DNA of 64,000 nt, from NCBI GenBank assembly GCA_964016885.1, contig OZ024758.1, positions 39,804,001-39,868,000 of the forward strand, given 5' to 3'. A program made the position numbers and the translations under genes. Of the stretch, positions 35,783-47,709 are shown piece after piece. Source of the stretch: Eledone cirrhosa (taxonomy: Eukaryota). Under the pieces are notes generated by a model that ran no database searches, had not been told where the DNA came from, and was given only the letters and a program-made list of their open reading frames with translations. The first letter of the stretch is position 1. Every line of letters begins with the position of its first letter.

Positions 35783-36303
35783 ATACCTTCCTGCTAGATG
35801 GTTGACCGTCTGAAAGTATATACTTTCCTTATGCATATTAACGGCTGAGCAGCCTAATTTGCATATCGAGTGAGTTCAGTCGCCGGGCACACCGAAAACG
35901 ATAAATGGAATAGAATGAAACGAAATTTCATTTCTCACTCTTAGTACGGCACTTACTTAAATGTAAGTATGTATGTATGTATACATACATACATATATGT
36001 ATACAGACGCACAGTAGTATGTATATATATACATACATGCACACATATATATATGCACGTATCGGTTTACCGAACATTTATTATAATGTTCGGTTTATTT
36101 GTTTGTAAACAAACAAACAGCCCGAATTACGCCGTACAGTGTTTAGGCAACCACGTCACCTTCGTTTCATTCTATTCCATTTATCGTTTTCGGTGTGCCC
36201 GGCCGACTGAACTCACTCAATATGCAAATTAGGCTGCTCAGCCATTAATATGCATAAGGAAAGTATATACTTTCAGATGTTCAACCATCTAGCAGGAAGG
36301 TAT

Positions 36304-36346
36304 ACGGTGCTGACGATAGCTAATAAGCTTGAAATTAGTACATTGT
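36304..36346 (+). ncRNA. Minimal type I hammerhead ribozyme motif (variant copy)
   Basis: ACGGTG CTGACGA T AGCT AATA AGCT T GAAA TTAG TA CATTGT. Confidence 0.65.
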
Positions 36347-36557
36347 TCCTGTGTCAGTGTTGAACAAAAAGGTGACGTGGTTGCCTTAACACTGTACGGC
36401 GTAATTCGGGCTGTTTACAAACAAACAAACCGGACATTATAATAAATGTTCAGTAAACCGATACGTGCATATATATATGTGTGCATGTATGTATATATAT
36501 ACATACTACTGTACGTCTGTATACATATATGTATGTACGTATACATACATACATACT

Positions 36558-36617
<60 letters not shown>

Positions 36618-36618
36618 C

Positions 36619-36653
<35 letters not shown>

Positions 36654-36781
36654 ATTATATAGAACAATAAAATATGGCACCAGATGTTCAATCCAAGACC
36701 TTATGATTGAGAACAGCACAACTGTAACCTCTAAGCTATATATCTTCACACAGACTTTCTGATAAAGACAGAAGTACCCAC

Positions 36782-36919
36782 CTGACTGACAGTTGTCTCC
36801 CCTGAAACCAGCTGCACATCCAACACTAGAACACACCCCAGATTTAATGTCGCAATGATCGTTGTCAGCACAGTGGCACAAATACTGACAGTTCAAGCCA
36901 AAATAACCCTTTTTACATT
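36782..36919 (-). CDS. Internal exon of a multiple-EGF-like-domain (MEGF10/11/SREC-like) protein
   Basis: tttttcag|...|gtgggt, 138 bp, phase 1-1. Encodes CKKGYFGLNCQYLCHCADNDHCDIKSGVCSSVGCAAGFRGDNCQS. Confidence 0.88.
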
Positions 36920-37044
36920 CTGAAAAAAAAAAAAAAAGAAAATAGAATTATATACACAACATATATATAAAATTATACACAATAACACATATATACAATT
37001 ATACACAGCTATAACATACATATACACAATTATACATAACTATA

Positions 37045-37400
37045 ATGCCAATGTGCGTGAATGACCAAGCATAGACGAGTTGAGAAAGAAACTGGGTATA
37101 AGAGGGATAAGTTGTGGTGTGCAGGAGAGAAGGCTGAGCTGAGATGGTATGGACATGTGATGCGCATGGAGGATGACCGCTGGGTAAAGAAGTGCCAAGA
37201 AATCCCAGTAGAAGGAAGACGCAGTAGAGGTAGACCATGAAAAACATGGGCGGAGGTGGTGAGAGAAGACCTCAAATTGCTGAAACTCATAGAGGAGATG
37301 ACAAGGGACCGTGACGAATGAAGAGATGCCATGCTTAATAAGACCCGTCCCACCCTTGCAAGCAGGGAAAAGCGGACATAAAATGATGATGATGATGATA
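37045..37400 (+). mobile_element. 5'-truncated RTE LINE 3' end
   Basis: Highly similar to 46560-46900, with (GAT)n tail. Confidence 0.85.
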
Positions 37401-37409
37401 ATAATAAAA

Positions 37410-37872
37410 TTATTGTGTACAGTGCTCAGGTGCACTACAACTCATCAATGGTGAATGTATAGTACATTAGTGAACAGACAGTGAACAGTGTATGAGTCAT
37501 GAGATACACACAGACACATGCATGCGTGTGTATGGAGGGGGAATATCAGGTGTAGTGTTGGCGCAAAAAAAAAATAAAAGGAAATGCTTACAGCACCTAG
37601 GTTTCTCAAGTGGTTTCCCATCTAAGTACTAACTAGGCTCGAGTCAAGATATATGTGTGTGTGTGTGTATGTATGGAGGGGGAATATCAGGTGCAGGGTT
37701 GGCGAATTTCAGGCAACATTGAGGTTTTAAAGGATGCAGAGTCCCGGCAGCTAACAACTGATGCAGGTAGTTTGTTCCATGCTTTAGTGAATTTCAGGAA
37801 GCATGGAGGTTTTAAAGGATGCAGTGTCTTGGCAGCACACAACTGATGCGGGTAGTTTGTTCCATGCTTCAG
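37410..37872 (-). mobile_element. CR1/L2-group LINE 3' end with internal duplications
   Basis: 'WNKLPASVVSCRDSASFK' RT C-terminal motif. Confidence 0.65.
37586..37642 (-). pseudogene. 5S rRNA 3'-half fragment
   Basis: TCGAGCCTAGTTAGTACTTAGATGGGAAACCACTTGAGAAACCTAGGTGCTGTAAGC aligns to the 3' half of metazoan 5S rRNA and is followed by T-runs. Confidence 0.8.
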
Positions 37873-38261
37873 CAAATTTTTATATATATTGATTGACCAA
37901 CAGTTAAAAAATATAAATATAAATATAGTTTCTCCGAGTTTTTTCATCACACATCTGTGACATCATCAGTGATATTTCAATGCTTGTCATATTCCTGTGA
38001 TGTTTTCTTATTCTATTTTATTTATTTGCAGTAGTTCCAACGTAAAAGACTTTCATAATAGTTGATCACTATAAATAACAGTTAGGAAAACCAGATAAAG
38101 TACATGTGGAGATAGAAAGAAGTAGACGGAGGGTCCTGTAAGGAACAGGTGCAAGTTTGCTTCCTTGCAAATACTTCTGTCTACATCTACCTTTCTCCTG
38201 AGATACTTTACTACCCACATTAACCTGTCACCTGTGGTCCATTACTGTCCACCAGGAATAA

Positions 38262-38440
38262 TAATTGTTTCTACTTTAGGCACAAGGTCAGCAATTATCC
38301 CAGTGTATTACTGGCACTTTATTTTATCGACCCCGTAAGGATGAAAGGCAAAGTTAACTTCGGTGGGATTTGAACTCAGATTGTAAAGGGACATAACTAT
38401 GCTGGAAAGCACGGCATCCGACTCTCTACCGATACTGCCA
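38262..38440 (-). mobile_element. tRNA-derived SINE (second family)
   Basis: Homologous to 24585-24765. Confidence 0.85.
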
Positions 38441-39156
38441 TAATATAGTTAGACTAGTTAGAGGTAGAAATAAAAGACTATTAAACATATGTAGTCATTA
38501 ATAATATAGTTATACTAGTTAGTAGTAAAAGTGAAAGAGTAATACACCTATGTAGTCATTAATAATATAGTTATACTAGTTAGTAGTAAAAGTAATAGAG
38601 TAATAAACCTATGTAGTCATTAATAATATAGTTATACTAGTTAGTAGTAAAAGTAAAAGAGTAATACACCTATGTAGCCATTAATAATATAGTTATACTA
38701 GTTAGTAGTAAAAGTAAAAGAGTAATAAACCTATGTAGACATTAATAATATAGTTATACTAGTTAGTAGTAAAAGTGAAAGAGTAATACACCTATGTAGC
38801 CATTAATAATATAGTTATACTAGTTAGTAGTAAACGTAAAAGAGTAATAAACCTATGTAGGGATTAATAATATAGTTATACTAGTTAGTAGTAAAAGTGA
38901 AAGAGTAATAAACCTATGTAGCCATTAATAATATAGTTATACTAGTTAGTAGTAAAAGTGAAAGAGTAATACACCTATGTAGTCATTAATAATTTAGTTA
39001 TACTAGTTAGTAGTAAAAGTGAAAGAGTAATAAACCTATGTAGCCATTAATAATATAGTTATACTAGTTAGTAGTAAAAGTAAAAGAGTAATAAACATAT
39101 GTAGACATTAATAATATAGTTATACTAGTTAGTAGTAAACGTAAAAGAGTATTAAA
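38440..39156. repeat. 61-bp AT-rich minisatellite (~12 units)
   Basis: Unit taataatatagttatactagttagtagtaaaagtaaaagagtaataaacctatgtagtcat. Confidence 0.95.
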
Positions 39157-39161
39157 CCAAC

Positions 39162-39299
39162 CAGTTTGACAATCAGTTCCTATATAGCCTGGTTCACAGT
39201 TGCCCTCTTCACAAACACCATTGGTTCTGTTGCAGTATTTACTTTCTTCACAATGACAAACCTTTTGACAGTTAGACCCAAAAGTATTGCTTGGACAGA
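39162..39299 (-). CDS. Internal exon of the multiple-EGF-like-domain protein (upstream of 36782-36919)
   Basis: tttcatccag|...|gttggt, 138 bp, phase 1-1. Encodes CPSNTFGSNCQKVCHCEESKYCNRTNGVCEEGNCEPGYIGTDCQT. Confidence 0.88.
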
Positions 39300-39341
39300 C
39301 TGGATGAAATAAAGGATCAAACAGAAATTTAGTAAATTTAA

Positions 39342-39535
39342 CCCTTTAGCATTTACATTACTTTATATATATATACTATTGTATTTTTACAGTAAACACT
39401 TTATCACATATTATGGAATCTACGAGATTTTGATGATGATATTATTTATTTTGAGAAGAATACCTTAATGTCAGTATTGGTGACCGGTTATTGAAAGAAG
39501 TCAATATATAACCCTTTAGCATTTACATTACTCAT
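39342..39535. mobile_element. Truncated piggyBac-type MITE ends
   Basis: TTAA-CCCTTTAGCATTTACATTA at 39338 and a second CCCTTTAGCATTTACATTA at ~39512. Confidence 0.65.
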
Positions 39536-39739
39536 AGACATTCAATGTAGAAGAGAACTGGGAGTTCCTAAAAAATAACTTACTAGAGGCGACGGATGAG
39601 GTCTGTGGCTGGAGTAAGACCTCAAGCAGGAGGAGAGTGACTTGGTGGTGGAACAATAAGGTATATGAGGCAGTTAAGGCCAAGAGACAGGCATGGAAAG
39701 AATGGAAGAATGGGGGGAGCAGGGTACATTACATAGAGA

Positions 39740-40115
39740 CCAAGTACAACCTGTCTCATGGTCGGGTCGTTGGCGACTAAACTGGCAACCCCACCAAGGT
39801 TTCTTGGTGAGGAGGGTGACTTTGGACATCCTGCAGGACTAAAAACAAAACCTGTCAAAGGGCAAAGAAGCTCTTAAGAGTCAATGGCCATCCAAAATCA
39901 CCGGGAGAGATGACCCGTTAGCCTTTGTCAAGGCAGAATTCTAGGAGAAGGAAAACTCTGATATAACACCTGCAACCCTGATGGTATCCAATGATGTTGA
40001 CCTGTTCTTCTTTTTGGTAAATATAATCTTCGTTAAGAGAGTGGGACTGGCTTTGTGCAGTGCCTTTGCTCACTATAAAAGCTTCACAGCACAGGCATTG
40101 CTTTATATCTGGAGA
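39740..40115 (+). mobile_element. Probable RTE 5' UTR fragment
   Basis: Near-identical to ~42532-42879. 'GGAGAAGGAAAACTCTG' motif. Confidence 0.55.
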
Positions 40116-40129
40116 TATATAGATATATA

Positions 40130-40433
40130 TTAACATGTATGTATATATATATACATGTATATATATATACATGTATGTATATATATATACAATAATTGTA
40201 TATATATATATATACACGTATATATATATATATACATGTATGTATATATATATATATATACATATATACACGTATATATATACATGTATGTATATATATA
40301 TATATATACATATATACATGTATGTATATATATACATGTATGTATATATATATATACATATATACATGTATGTATATATACATATATACACGTATGCATA
40401 TATATACATGTATGTATATATATATATACATAT

Positions 40434-40472
<39 letters not shown>

Positions 40473-40751
40473 TACACGTATGTATATATATACATGTATG
40501 TATATATATATATACATATATACATGTATATATATATATACATGTATATATATACGTGTATATATATATATATACATGTATATATATATATACATGTATA
40601 TATATATATATACATGTATATATATATATATATATACATACATGTATATACATATATACATGTATATATATATATATATATACATACATGTATATATATA
40701 TACATGTAGATATATATATACATGTATATATATACATACATGTATATATAT

Positions 40752-40806
<55 letters not shown>

Positions 40807-40814
40807 CATACATG

Positions 40815-40873
<59 letters not shown>

Positions 40874-40929
40874 ATTATATATATACATGTATATATATAT
40901 ATATATAATTGTATATATATATATACATG

Positions 40930-40960
<31 letters not shown>
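40130..40960. repeat. Compound (TA)n/TACATG microsatellite
   Basis: Low complexity. Similar tracts at 41776-42050, 42335-42492 and 43075-43231. Confidence 0.97.
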
Positions 40961-40961
<1 letters not shown>

Positions 40962-41033
40962 ATCAAGGTTTAGCAAATAATGAAAACATTTCAAAATAAA
41001 TTTTTAAAAATTAACTTTACTTACTATAGTTAG

Positions 41034-41113
41034 CTTTACCGAATCGGTTTCGAATCTCAAAAATAAACGGAGACCATACAGCCTTCGTTGCAAAGAAAGA
41101 TTCTCGTCAGAAG
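41034..41113 (-). ncRNA. Possible hammerhead ribozyme with long stem II
   Basis: CTT CTGACGA GAATC...GATTC GAAA CCG ATT CGG TA AAG. Stem I is only 3 bp. Confidence 0.5.
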
Positions 41114-41157
41114 GTTCTTTATACATGTATATATATACATGTATATATATATTTATG

Positions 41158-41775
41158 TCTCTACTTTTGCCCGACCACACCTTGAATACTGTTGTCCACT
41201 GTGGTCTCCCCAAACGAAACAAAGTATCATGAAACTTGAAGCTCCTCAAAGGGCAATCACGAAAAAGATAGATGGCATGTCAGACATTGACTACCGGGGT
41301 CGACTAGAAAAGCTGAAACTTTACTCACTCCAACGTCGCCGTAAGCGTTATATTATCTGCATGATGTGGAAAATGTTTCATCAGCACTGCCCAAATGATG
41401 TTGGCATCACCTTCAAAATACACCCAAGGCTTGGGCCCCGTGCTATCCGTCCCAAACAAAAATCTAAATCGCAACTCATAACAACAATACGGCACAATTA
41501 TTTCACCTCAATTGGCCCTGCTCTCTTCAACATCACACCAGGACACGTCAAAACAGAAACTGACCACACAAAATTCAAGAAGTCTTTGGACAAATTCCTC
41601 CAAGTAATCCCGGACAAACCACCCACACCCGGATATGTCTCCGCAAACAGTAATTCTCTTCTCGAATGGGTCATGGTGCCCAAATCCTGAATTGAAAGAC
41701 TTCGCCAGGTGGTGCTATTAAGTTAGACATGGCCTGGGCCAATACTGGCCAAAACATTTCAAAGTTATTCAAAGT
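41158..41775 (+). mobile_element. 5'-truncated CR1/Jockey-group LINE 3' end
   Basis: 'RPHLEYCCPLWSP...LKLYSLQRRR...FKKSLDKFL'. Confidence 0.85.
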
Positions 41776-41888
41776 TATACATGTATATATATATATGTGT
41801 ATAAATACATGTTTATATATATGTATATATATATATATGTGTATAAATACATGTTTATATATATGTATATATATATACATGTATATAC

Positions 41889-41960
<72 letters not shown>

Positions 41961-41961
41961 G

Positions 41962-42007
<46 letters not shown>

Positions 42008-42010
42008 TAT

Positions 42011-42051
<41 letters not shown>

Positions 42052-42052
<1 letters not shown>

Positions 42053-42335
42053 AGGCACATGGCTTAGTGGTTAGAGCATTGGCCTTGCAATCGAAAGGTT
42101 GTGAGTTCAATTCTCAGACCGGATGATGTGTTGTTTCCTTGAGCAAGACACTTTATTTCACATTGCTCCAGTTTACTCAGCTGTAGAAAGTGGTCGTGGA
42201 GGTGCCACGGCAAAAAAGCACCCAGCACTCACTGTAAATGATGTTGGTGTTAGGAAGGGCATCCAGCTGTAGAAATCAAGCCAGAATCAGTTCCCGTCCC
42301 ACCCTTGCAAGCAGGGTAAAAGCGGACGTAAAATG
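42052..42335 (+). mobile_element. tRNA-SINE head joined to an RTE-type tail
   Basis: A/B boxes TGGCTTAGTGG and GAGTTCAATTC. Ends with '...CTTGCAAGCAGGGTAAAAGCGGACGTAAAATGA'. Confidence 0.8.
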
Positions 42336-42417
42336 AATACATATACATATACATATATATGCATGTATATATATATACATGTATATATATATACATGTAT
42401 ATATATACATGTGTATA

Positions 42418-42468
<51 letters not shown>

Positions 42469-42494
42469 GTATGTATATATCTGTATATATATGT

Positions 42495-43075
42495 GTCAGG
42501 TCACCAGTTGGTGCTACTAGTAACATGTATCCCAGTACAACCTGTCTCATGGTCGGGTCGTTGGCGACTAAACTGGCAACCCCACCAACGTTTCTTGGTG
42601 AGGAGGGTGACTTTAGACATCCTGCAGGACTAAAAACAAAACCTGTCAATGGCCATCCAAAATCACCGGGAGAGATGACCCCTTAGCCTTTGTCAAGGCA
42701 GAATTCTAGGAGAAGGAAAACTCTGATATAACACCTGCAACCCTGATGGTATCCAATGATGTTGACTTGTTCTTCTTTTTGGTAAATATCATCTTGGTTA
42801 AGAGAGTGGGACTGGCTTTGTGCAGTGCCTTTGCTACTATAAAAGCTTCACGGCACAGGCATTGCTTTATATCTGGAGATCTCTCTGCACTTGTCGTCAC
42901 ATGGTACCATGGGCCCAGCACTATGTGTCAATAATTGTCACAGGTGTAGTGTTTGTACCAGAGTTTTCAAGTCGCTGGCTGGACTAAAAAGTCCCACTCG
43001 TTCAGCGCATCGGTAGGGGTTCTCCTACATGGATATACAGTAGTGGCCGTACTCGAAAACGAGTTGGCAGCCACC
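42495..43075 (+). mobile_element. Probable RTE 5' UTR fragment
   Basis: Longer copy of 39740-40115, bounded by microsatellites. Confidence 0.55.
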
Positions 43076-43165
43076 ATATATATATCTATATATATATATA
43101 TACATGTATGTATATATACATGTATATATATATCTATATATATATATACATGTATGTATATATAC

Positions 43166-43209
<44 letters not shown>

Positions 43210-43231
43210 ATATACGCATGTATATATATAT

Positions 43232-44070
43232 TTGTGCGTACCATCCTGACTAGGACGTAGTCCAAAAGATGCCATTCCTTAGATGCAGGATGCATCCATG
43301 TGGTCTTGAATTTGTTCTTTTGTTGGAACATGGTGTTGGTAACACACAGATCCAGCTCCTCACACATCTGCAGCAGGAGCATACCATTGTTGTTACACTT
43401 TCCCACCCCATGCCTTCCGATTACATTCCATGTGTTAAAATCCCTACCCACTCTAGGATTAAAGTCACCATGCACGATGACTTTGTCTGCCTGAGGGATA
43501 TTTCTTAGAACACCTTTCAAGGCATGGTAAAAGGACACTTTTTCTTCATCGACAGAATTCATAGTTGGAGCATACACACTCACCAGGGTCGCATATCTTC
43601 CTTTGTCCAGCGGAACTCTCATGGACATAAGATGCTCACTAATCCCTACTGGGAATTCTTCTAATTTATTCACAAGTACAGTCTTAACAGCAAATCCTAC
43701 CCCAGCCTCTCTTCTGGTCCCTTCATCTCTTCCTTTCCAGAAGAATGTATATTCTCCACAAAATTCCGTAAGATGACCATCTCCAGCTAACCTCGTCTCA
43801 GATAAAGCCACGATGTCAAGATCGTAATGTCGAAGCTCCTTTGCAACAAGAGCGGTCCTTCGTTCAGGACGCTCCAAGGAATCCCTGTCAAGCAGCGTCC
43901 GTACGTTCCAGCAGCCAAGACTAAATGCCTTGTTTGGCTCTATTACAATGGCACGATGACGAGCGGCCCCCGGCTGTGATAACCTGGGACCCCTGCCCTT
44001 ATTGCCAATTATCTTTTTTGTTCCAGAACCTAAATTGCCAATTATCTCTTTTATATTGTTCTGGAACATC
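43232..44070 (-). mobile_element. RTE (BovB-like) LINE 5' part: APE endonuclease
   Basis: WNVRTL...RPERRTALVAKEL, LSETRL, YAPT, GDFN, TWMHP.SK.WHLLDY. Confidence 0.9.
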
Positions 44071-44129
44071 ATTGAATTGGAAGAAAAAAAAAAAGAAAAA
44101 AATAATAATAATAGTAACAATAATAATAA

Positions 44130-45160
44130 TGATTTCATTTATTAGCCACAAGGGCCGACATGTAGGGGACAATACAAAGACAGGGACAGTGGGGGTTTAG
44201 AATAAGGTCGAGTAAAAGTGCACAATGGCAAGTCTAATTTAACAATGAAGATATAAAAATATAAAATAAACTATTCATAAATATAACAAAATAAATTCCC
44301 CGATAGGGGTGGACGACCCTGAACCACCCTGCGCTTCTAGGGCACCCAGGGAGAGCACCCCTCTCCTCAAGTTAGCTAGCCTATAGGCGCATGGTCAGAG
44401 TAGGCCCATTCACACAGGCCATTCTCGCCACATTCACCCACCTTTTAGCAAATGTACTGGGGGGGCAGCACTTCTCTCTCCACCCTCACCTTCCTTTCCA
44501 GGTGAAACTTGAAGAAGTTGATGAGGGATTGGCTGAAGAGAAAAGTGTCTGTCTTTAGTCCTTTCAACCTGGTCCACCATATAATCTCTTTCGCAACTGC
44601 CACCAGACAGAGGAAATGTCCTGCTCTTTCTGACCTAAGGAAGGCGGTGGATCGATCTTCACTATGGACTCGGCCGATAGCCGGATTCGTTCCACACGTG
44701 ACAGTAGCTGTTCGACATAACTCTACAAGTCAGTAATGCATGGACATTGGACAAGTGCGTGCAGAACGGTTTCGTCGTTCTGTGCGCATCTTGTGCAGGT
44801 TCATCTGACAGCACTTCCGTGCCTGTAGAGTTTATCCCGAACCGGCAGTGCCCCCCGGTAGCACTGCCAAGCGAGGGATTTCTGGAAATTGTCCATCGTC
44901 CCCAGCTCAAAAGTCCTCCGGTACAGACTGGTCAGTTCGACTTCGTCGAGGCCCAAAGCTTCTCCGAGTGCGTCATTGCACTTGCCCACCATTAATCCTC
45001 TATAGAACTCGAGAGTGGAAGTTCCACTGATCGCATTGCCTGCTTGGTAGAGGGCAGTGAGTGCCTGGCAACATTCCAGGTGCCAGTCACCCACTCTCGG
45101 TCTCTTCTTGCTAGTACAGCGTTCCTTTGTCAGTGTTGAACAAACGAGCAACGATGGTTG
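44130..45160 (-). mobile_element. L1/Tx1-like LINE 3' end (C-terminal CCHC zf-RVT + 3' UTR)
   Basis: 'SLAWQCYRGALPVRDKL...CTRCAQNDETVLHALVQC', AATAAA and (ATT)n tail. Confidence 0.75.
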
Positions 45161-45387
45161 CTGGACACTACGGCTTCATGCGGGATGTTTGTTTACAAAC
45201 ACACCGAGCATTATAATAAATGTTCGGTGAATCCATACGTACATATATATATGTGTGCATGTATGTATATATATATACATACTACTGTACGTCTGTATAC
45301 ATATATGTATGTACGTGTACATACTTATATTTAAGTAAAAGCCGTACTAAGAGTGGGAAATGAAATTTCGTTTCATTTTTTCCGTTT

Positions 45388-45419
<32 letters not shown>

Positions 45420-45420
45420 G

Positions 45421-46901
45421 TATAAGGTAAAGGGGATGCTCTGGAGAGGAGCAATTATAGGGGCATAAAGCTGATGGATCAGGTTATGAAAGTGGCAGAG
45501 AGAATATTAGCGCAACTGATTAGAGAAAGGGTCAATTTAGATGAGATGCAGTTTGGTTTTGTGCTCTCGGAAAAGTACAACAGATGCCCTCTTCTTAGTG
45601 AGGAAACTACAAGAGAGGTTCTTAGAGAAGAACAAGCAACTATACTTAGCTTTTGTTGACCTAGAGAAGGCCTTTGATAGGTACCCCGATCTGTCATCTG
45701 GTGGTCCCTAAGGAAACTAGGTGTAGAGGAATGGCTTGTGAGGACAGTGCAAGCTATGTACAGGGGTGCTGTCAGTAAAGTGAGAATAGGAATGGAGTTT
45801 AGTGAGGAATTCCAGATGCAAGTAGGTGTAAATCAAGGTTCGGTCCTCAGCCCACTCTTGTTCATTATAGTCCTCCAAACCATAACAGAGGAGTTTAAAA
45901 TTGGATGCCCATGGCAACTTCTCTATGCTGATGATCTGGTTCTTATAGCAGAATCAGTAGAGGAGCTAGAGAATAAATTCTACCTATGGAAACAGTAGTT
46001 GGAATCAAGAGGCCTGAGAGTGAACATAGCTAATACAAAAGCGTTGATGAGTAGAAAAGAGGACAATACTCTGATTCCATCAGAGAAATGGCCATGTTCG
46101 ATATGTAGGAAAGGAACTGGCATAAATCCCATAAAATGCAGATCTTGGGTACACAAGAGATGTAGTGGGATAGTAGGCAAACTAACAGGTAGGGAAAACT
46201 ACATATGCAGTAGATGTACAGGGACATTTGACAGTAGGAGTCGCAGTGATAGACACATTTTTCAAATGCAGGTGGGTTCTATAGAAGTGGTTGATATTTT
46301 CCGGTACCTAGGTGATCAGATTAGCATGGGAGGGGGATGTTCCAAGGCTATAGTATCCAGAATAAGGACGGGTTGGAAGAAGTTTAGGGAGCTGCTTTCT
46401 CTGTTGACAAAGAAGGGTTTCTCCCTGCATATGAAAGGGCGGTTATATGATGCCTGTGTGAGATGCGCGATGCCGAATGATAGTAAGACATGGGCAGCAA
46501 TTGCAGAGGATATGCGACAGTTGGAGAGAAATGAAGCAAGCATGCTCCGTTGGATGTGCAATGTCAATGTGTGTGAACGACCAAGCATAGATGAGTTGAG
46601 AAAGAAACTGGGTATAAGCGGGATAAGTTGGGTGTGCAAGAGAGAAGACTGAGATGGTATGGACATGTGATGTGCATGGAGCATGACCCCTGTGTAAAGA
46701 GGTGCCAAGAAATCCCAGCAGAAGGAAGACGCAGAAGAGGTAGACCACGTAAAACATGGGTGGAGGTGGTGAGAGAAAACCTGAGATCACTGAAATTCAC
46801 AGAGGAGATGACGGAGAACAGTGACAAGTGGAGAGATGCTGTGCTGAATAAGACCTGTCCCATCCTTGCAAGCAGGGAAAAACGGACGTAAAATGATGAT
46901 G
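45421..46901 (+). mobile_element. 5'-truncated RTE LINE (RT + Cys-rich insert)
   Basis: GVNQGSVLSPLLF, LYADDL, KWPCSICRKG, LRWYGHV, GRPRKTW, (GAT)n tail. Confidence 0.92.
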
Positions 46902-47495
46902 ATATATATATATATATATACTAGTATTCAAGTGTTTAGAGGGAGACCGATAACATTGTTAGAACTCATTGCAGCCTTGAAGAGATGGTTTCAACAAGAT
47001 TGGGTGGTGAAAGTTATAGTTTTTGTAGAAGGATCTCATCACATAAGGTTCCTTCAAAGATTCTTCTAGAGTTACAGAGTCATTTATATATATGTGTGTG
47101 TTTTGAACAATGAAAATAAAACTTGAAACAAAGATATGTTCTTAATTAGTTCATTGTTTTACGGTCATTTCAGAGGTTTGATTGATCATGGTTGATTGAT
47201 GTATTGACAAACAGGTAGTTGTTATGTCACTAACTATTTCTAGTCTCAAAATCCCTGATCAATCACACCGTATCAATATATTGATTTACCATGTTCAATC
47301 AACCCTCTGAAACGATCGTAAACAATGAACCATATCTCAGACTTTTGTTTTATTTTCAATGTTCAATACCCACAAACACATATATAATTGACAATTTCTT
47401 TGAAATAATTTATGAGACTTGTGGCTGGAACAAATTACCAGCCAGACAGAGAGGGAGACCTAGTGGTGAAACAGCACAGTAGATAGAGCTATTAA

Positions 47496-47703
47496 CCCTG
47501 TAGCATTTACATTACTCTATATTTACTATTATGTTTTCATGGTAAAGTCTTTATCTCACATAATATTGAATCTATGAGACTTTGATATTACTTATTTTGA
47601 GGACAATACATTAACATCAATATGAGCTGCGAGTTACAGCCGGTTTGAACAGAAAGAGGTGAGAGAACTTTGGCTGGATACGGCCAATTTAAATGATAAA
47701 GGG
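47496..47703. mobile_element. piggyBac-type MITE (opposite orientation to 7818-8024)
   Basis: TTAA-CCCTGTAG ... ATAAAGGG-TTAA. Confidence 0.8.
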
Positions 47704-47709
47704 TTAAAG

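Larger units (their letters stand above)
35519..36560. repeat. Direct + inverted repeat cluster (X-Y-Z-X-Y'-X'), Penelope pseudo-LTR-like
   Basis: 35716-35923 is inverted at 36161-36370. Block 35519-35715 is repeated directly at ~35966-36160 and inverted at 36371-36560. Partial copy at ~45185-45390. Confidence 0.85.

Noticed and set aside
39592-39630. Degenerate hammerhead-like 'CGGATGAGGTC...GACCTCAA'
   Set aside because: Core CUGAUGA and GAAA are both mutated and stems I and III are absent.
39918-43275. Long Y/I/H/C-rich ORFs on both strands (also 20689-21834, 25017-25517, 35388-36762, 50740-51258)
   Set aside because: Translation artefacts of TA/CA microsatellites and minisatellites.
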